From the NCBI RefSeq assembly GCF_001194135.2, contig NC_068991.1, positions 17,530,483 through 17,594,482 of the forward strand: DNA of 64,000 nucleotides. The letters are read 5' to 3'. The DNA comes from Octopus bimaculoides. Lineage: Eukaryota. How positions within the stretch are numbered: the stretch's first letter is position 1; each line of letters starts with the position of its first letter. A program made the translations under genes and the position numbers. Of this stretch, positions 62,481 through 64,000 are shown piece after piece. Below the pieces are notes generated by a model. That model was not told the origin of the DNA, did no database searches, and worked only from the letters and a program-made list of their open reading frames with translations.

Positions 62481-63944
62481 AATTTATCAATGAAGGATAC
62501 AGATAATAGATTCAATGTCAGTTCATGATTGATATTCATTTTATCAATACCAGATGAACAAAACCATTATTAGGTTTGCTAGGATTTGAAATGAGAATAT
62601 TGAGGAGTGAAACTAAATGCTGAAATGCATATAATCTTGCATTCTACCATTTTTGCACTTTCACTCTCTTAACAAGAAGAGTGATAATCATAGGCACAAG
62701 ATCAAAAATGCTGGGGGGGGGGCAAAAGGGTTAGCCAGTTAAATTGACTGCAGTACTTGATTGGTACTTTATATTATCAATCTCAGAAGAAGGACAAAAC
62801 GCCAAGTTGACTTTGCTGGGATTTAAACTCAAAATGCAAAGGGTGATAACTAAATACCACAAGGCATTTTGTCCGAAGCTTTAATGATTCAACCAATCCA
62901 CTATCAACAATAACAGTAATAATAACAATCCTTTCTACTATAGGCACAGGCCTGAAATTTTAGAGGAGAGGGCTAGTCAATAACATTGACTCCAGGACTT
63001 GACTTTTACTAATTTTATCGATCCTGAAAAGATGAAAAGTAAAGTTGCCCATGGCAAATTTTAAACTTAGAACATAAAGATGGATGAAATGCCACTAAGC
63101 ATTTTGCCTGGTGTGCTAACGATTCTGCCAGCTCGCCACCTTAATAATAATAATAATAATAATAATAATCCTTTTTACTGGAAGAATAAGGCCTCAAATT
63201 TGAGGGAAAAGATTAAGTCGAATACATCAACTCCAGTGTGTAACTGGTACTTATTTAATTGTCCTTGAAAGGATGAAAGCAAAGTCGACCTTGGTGGAAT
63301 CTGAACTCAGAACATAGCAGCAGATGAAATACCACTAAGCATTTTGTCCAGCGTGCTAACAATTCTGTCAGCTTTCCGCTTTAATAACAACAACAACAAC
63401 AACAATAATAATAATAATAATAATAATAGTAATAATAATGAAAGCAAAAATAACTAAAACTAATTATGTATATACTAATTATATTTTTTAATGTTACTCA
63501 AACTGGTTTTACAACCCTTGTCTTCGTCTTTCTTACATGCACCTTTCCACCACCTATCTGTAGAACAACAATCTTCATAATACAAAATGATGGGTTGGTC
63601 ATGTCTGGAACACTTTTGATCATAGATATGCTTGATCAAGACTGACTTGTAGCAACAGAACGACAATATATCATGCATGAACTCGATCTCACACCAACAC
63701 ATACTTCACAAGCCAATAGAGTAGTCTCTACACCAGGTATCTTTTACTTACTTCAGTTATTGAACCGCGGCCATGCTGGAGTACCGGCTTGAAGTGCTTT
63801 AAGTTGCATGAATCGAGCCCAGTACTTCTCTTTTTTAAAGCTCAGTACTTATTCTATCAGACTGTTGCTGAACTGCTATGTTACGGGAACATAAACACAC
63901 CAACACTGGTTGTTAAGTGGCAGTGAGAGAACAGACACAAACAC

Positions 63945-64000
<56 letters not shown>

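Overview
AT-rich, microsatellite- and SINE-dense eukaryotic DNA with many N gaps. The repeat repertoire looks like an octopus/cephalopod genome; that is my recollection of these families, not a database result. One minus-strand multi-exon gene spans the window: an LMO7/LIMCH1-family protein with a calponin-homology (CH) tail, DUF4757-like segment, PDZ domain and coiled coil. I built 16 consecutive GT-AG exons (45122 down to 1240) whose splice phases join into one uninterrupted frame of about 1,160-1,170 codons. The upstream CH exons were not found, and the LIM-domain exons should lie beyond position 1. Introns hold tRNA-SINEs, RTE and L1/Tx1 LINE relics, mariner, DD37D, piggyBac and hAT relics, a HINE-like element, two foldback elements and three minisatellites. 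No CRISPR, rRNA or true tRNA genes are supported. The best leads concern RNA processing: a candidate alternative last exon ending in a CaaX motif (CVIC*) with a poly(A) signal, a perfect 20-nt intronic complement of the PDZ-exon acceptor, an AG|GTGAGT recursive-splice-like site, a 187-nt AG-exclusion zone, a poison-exon candidate and two candidate internal first exons. All of these are sequence-based hypotheses.
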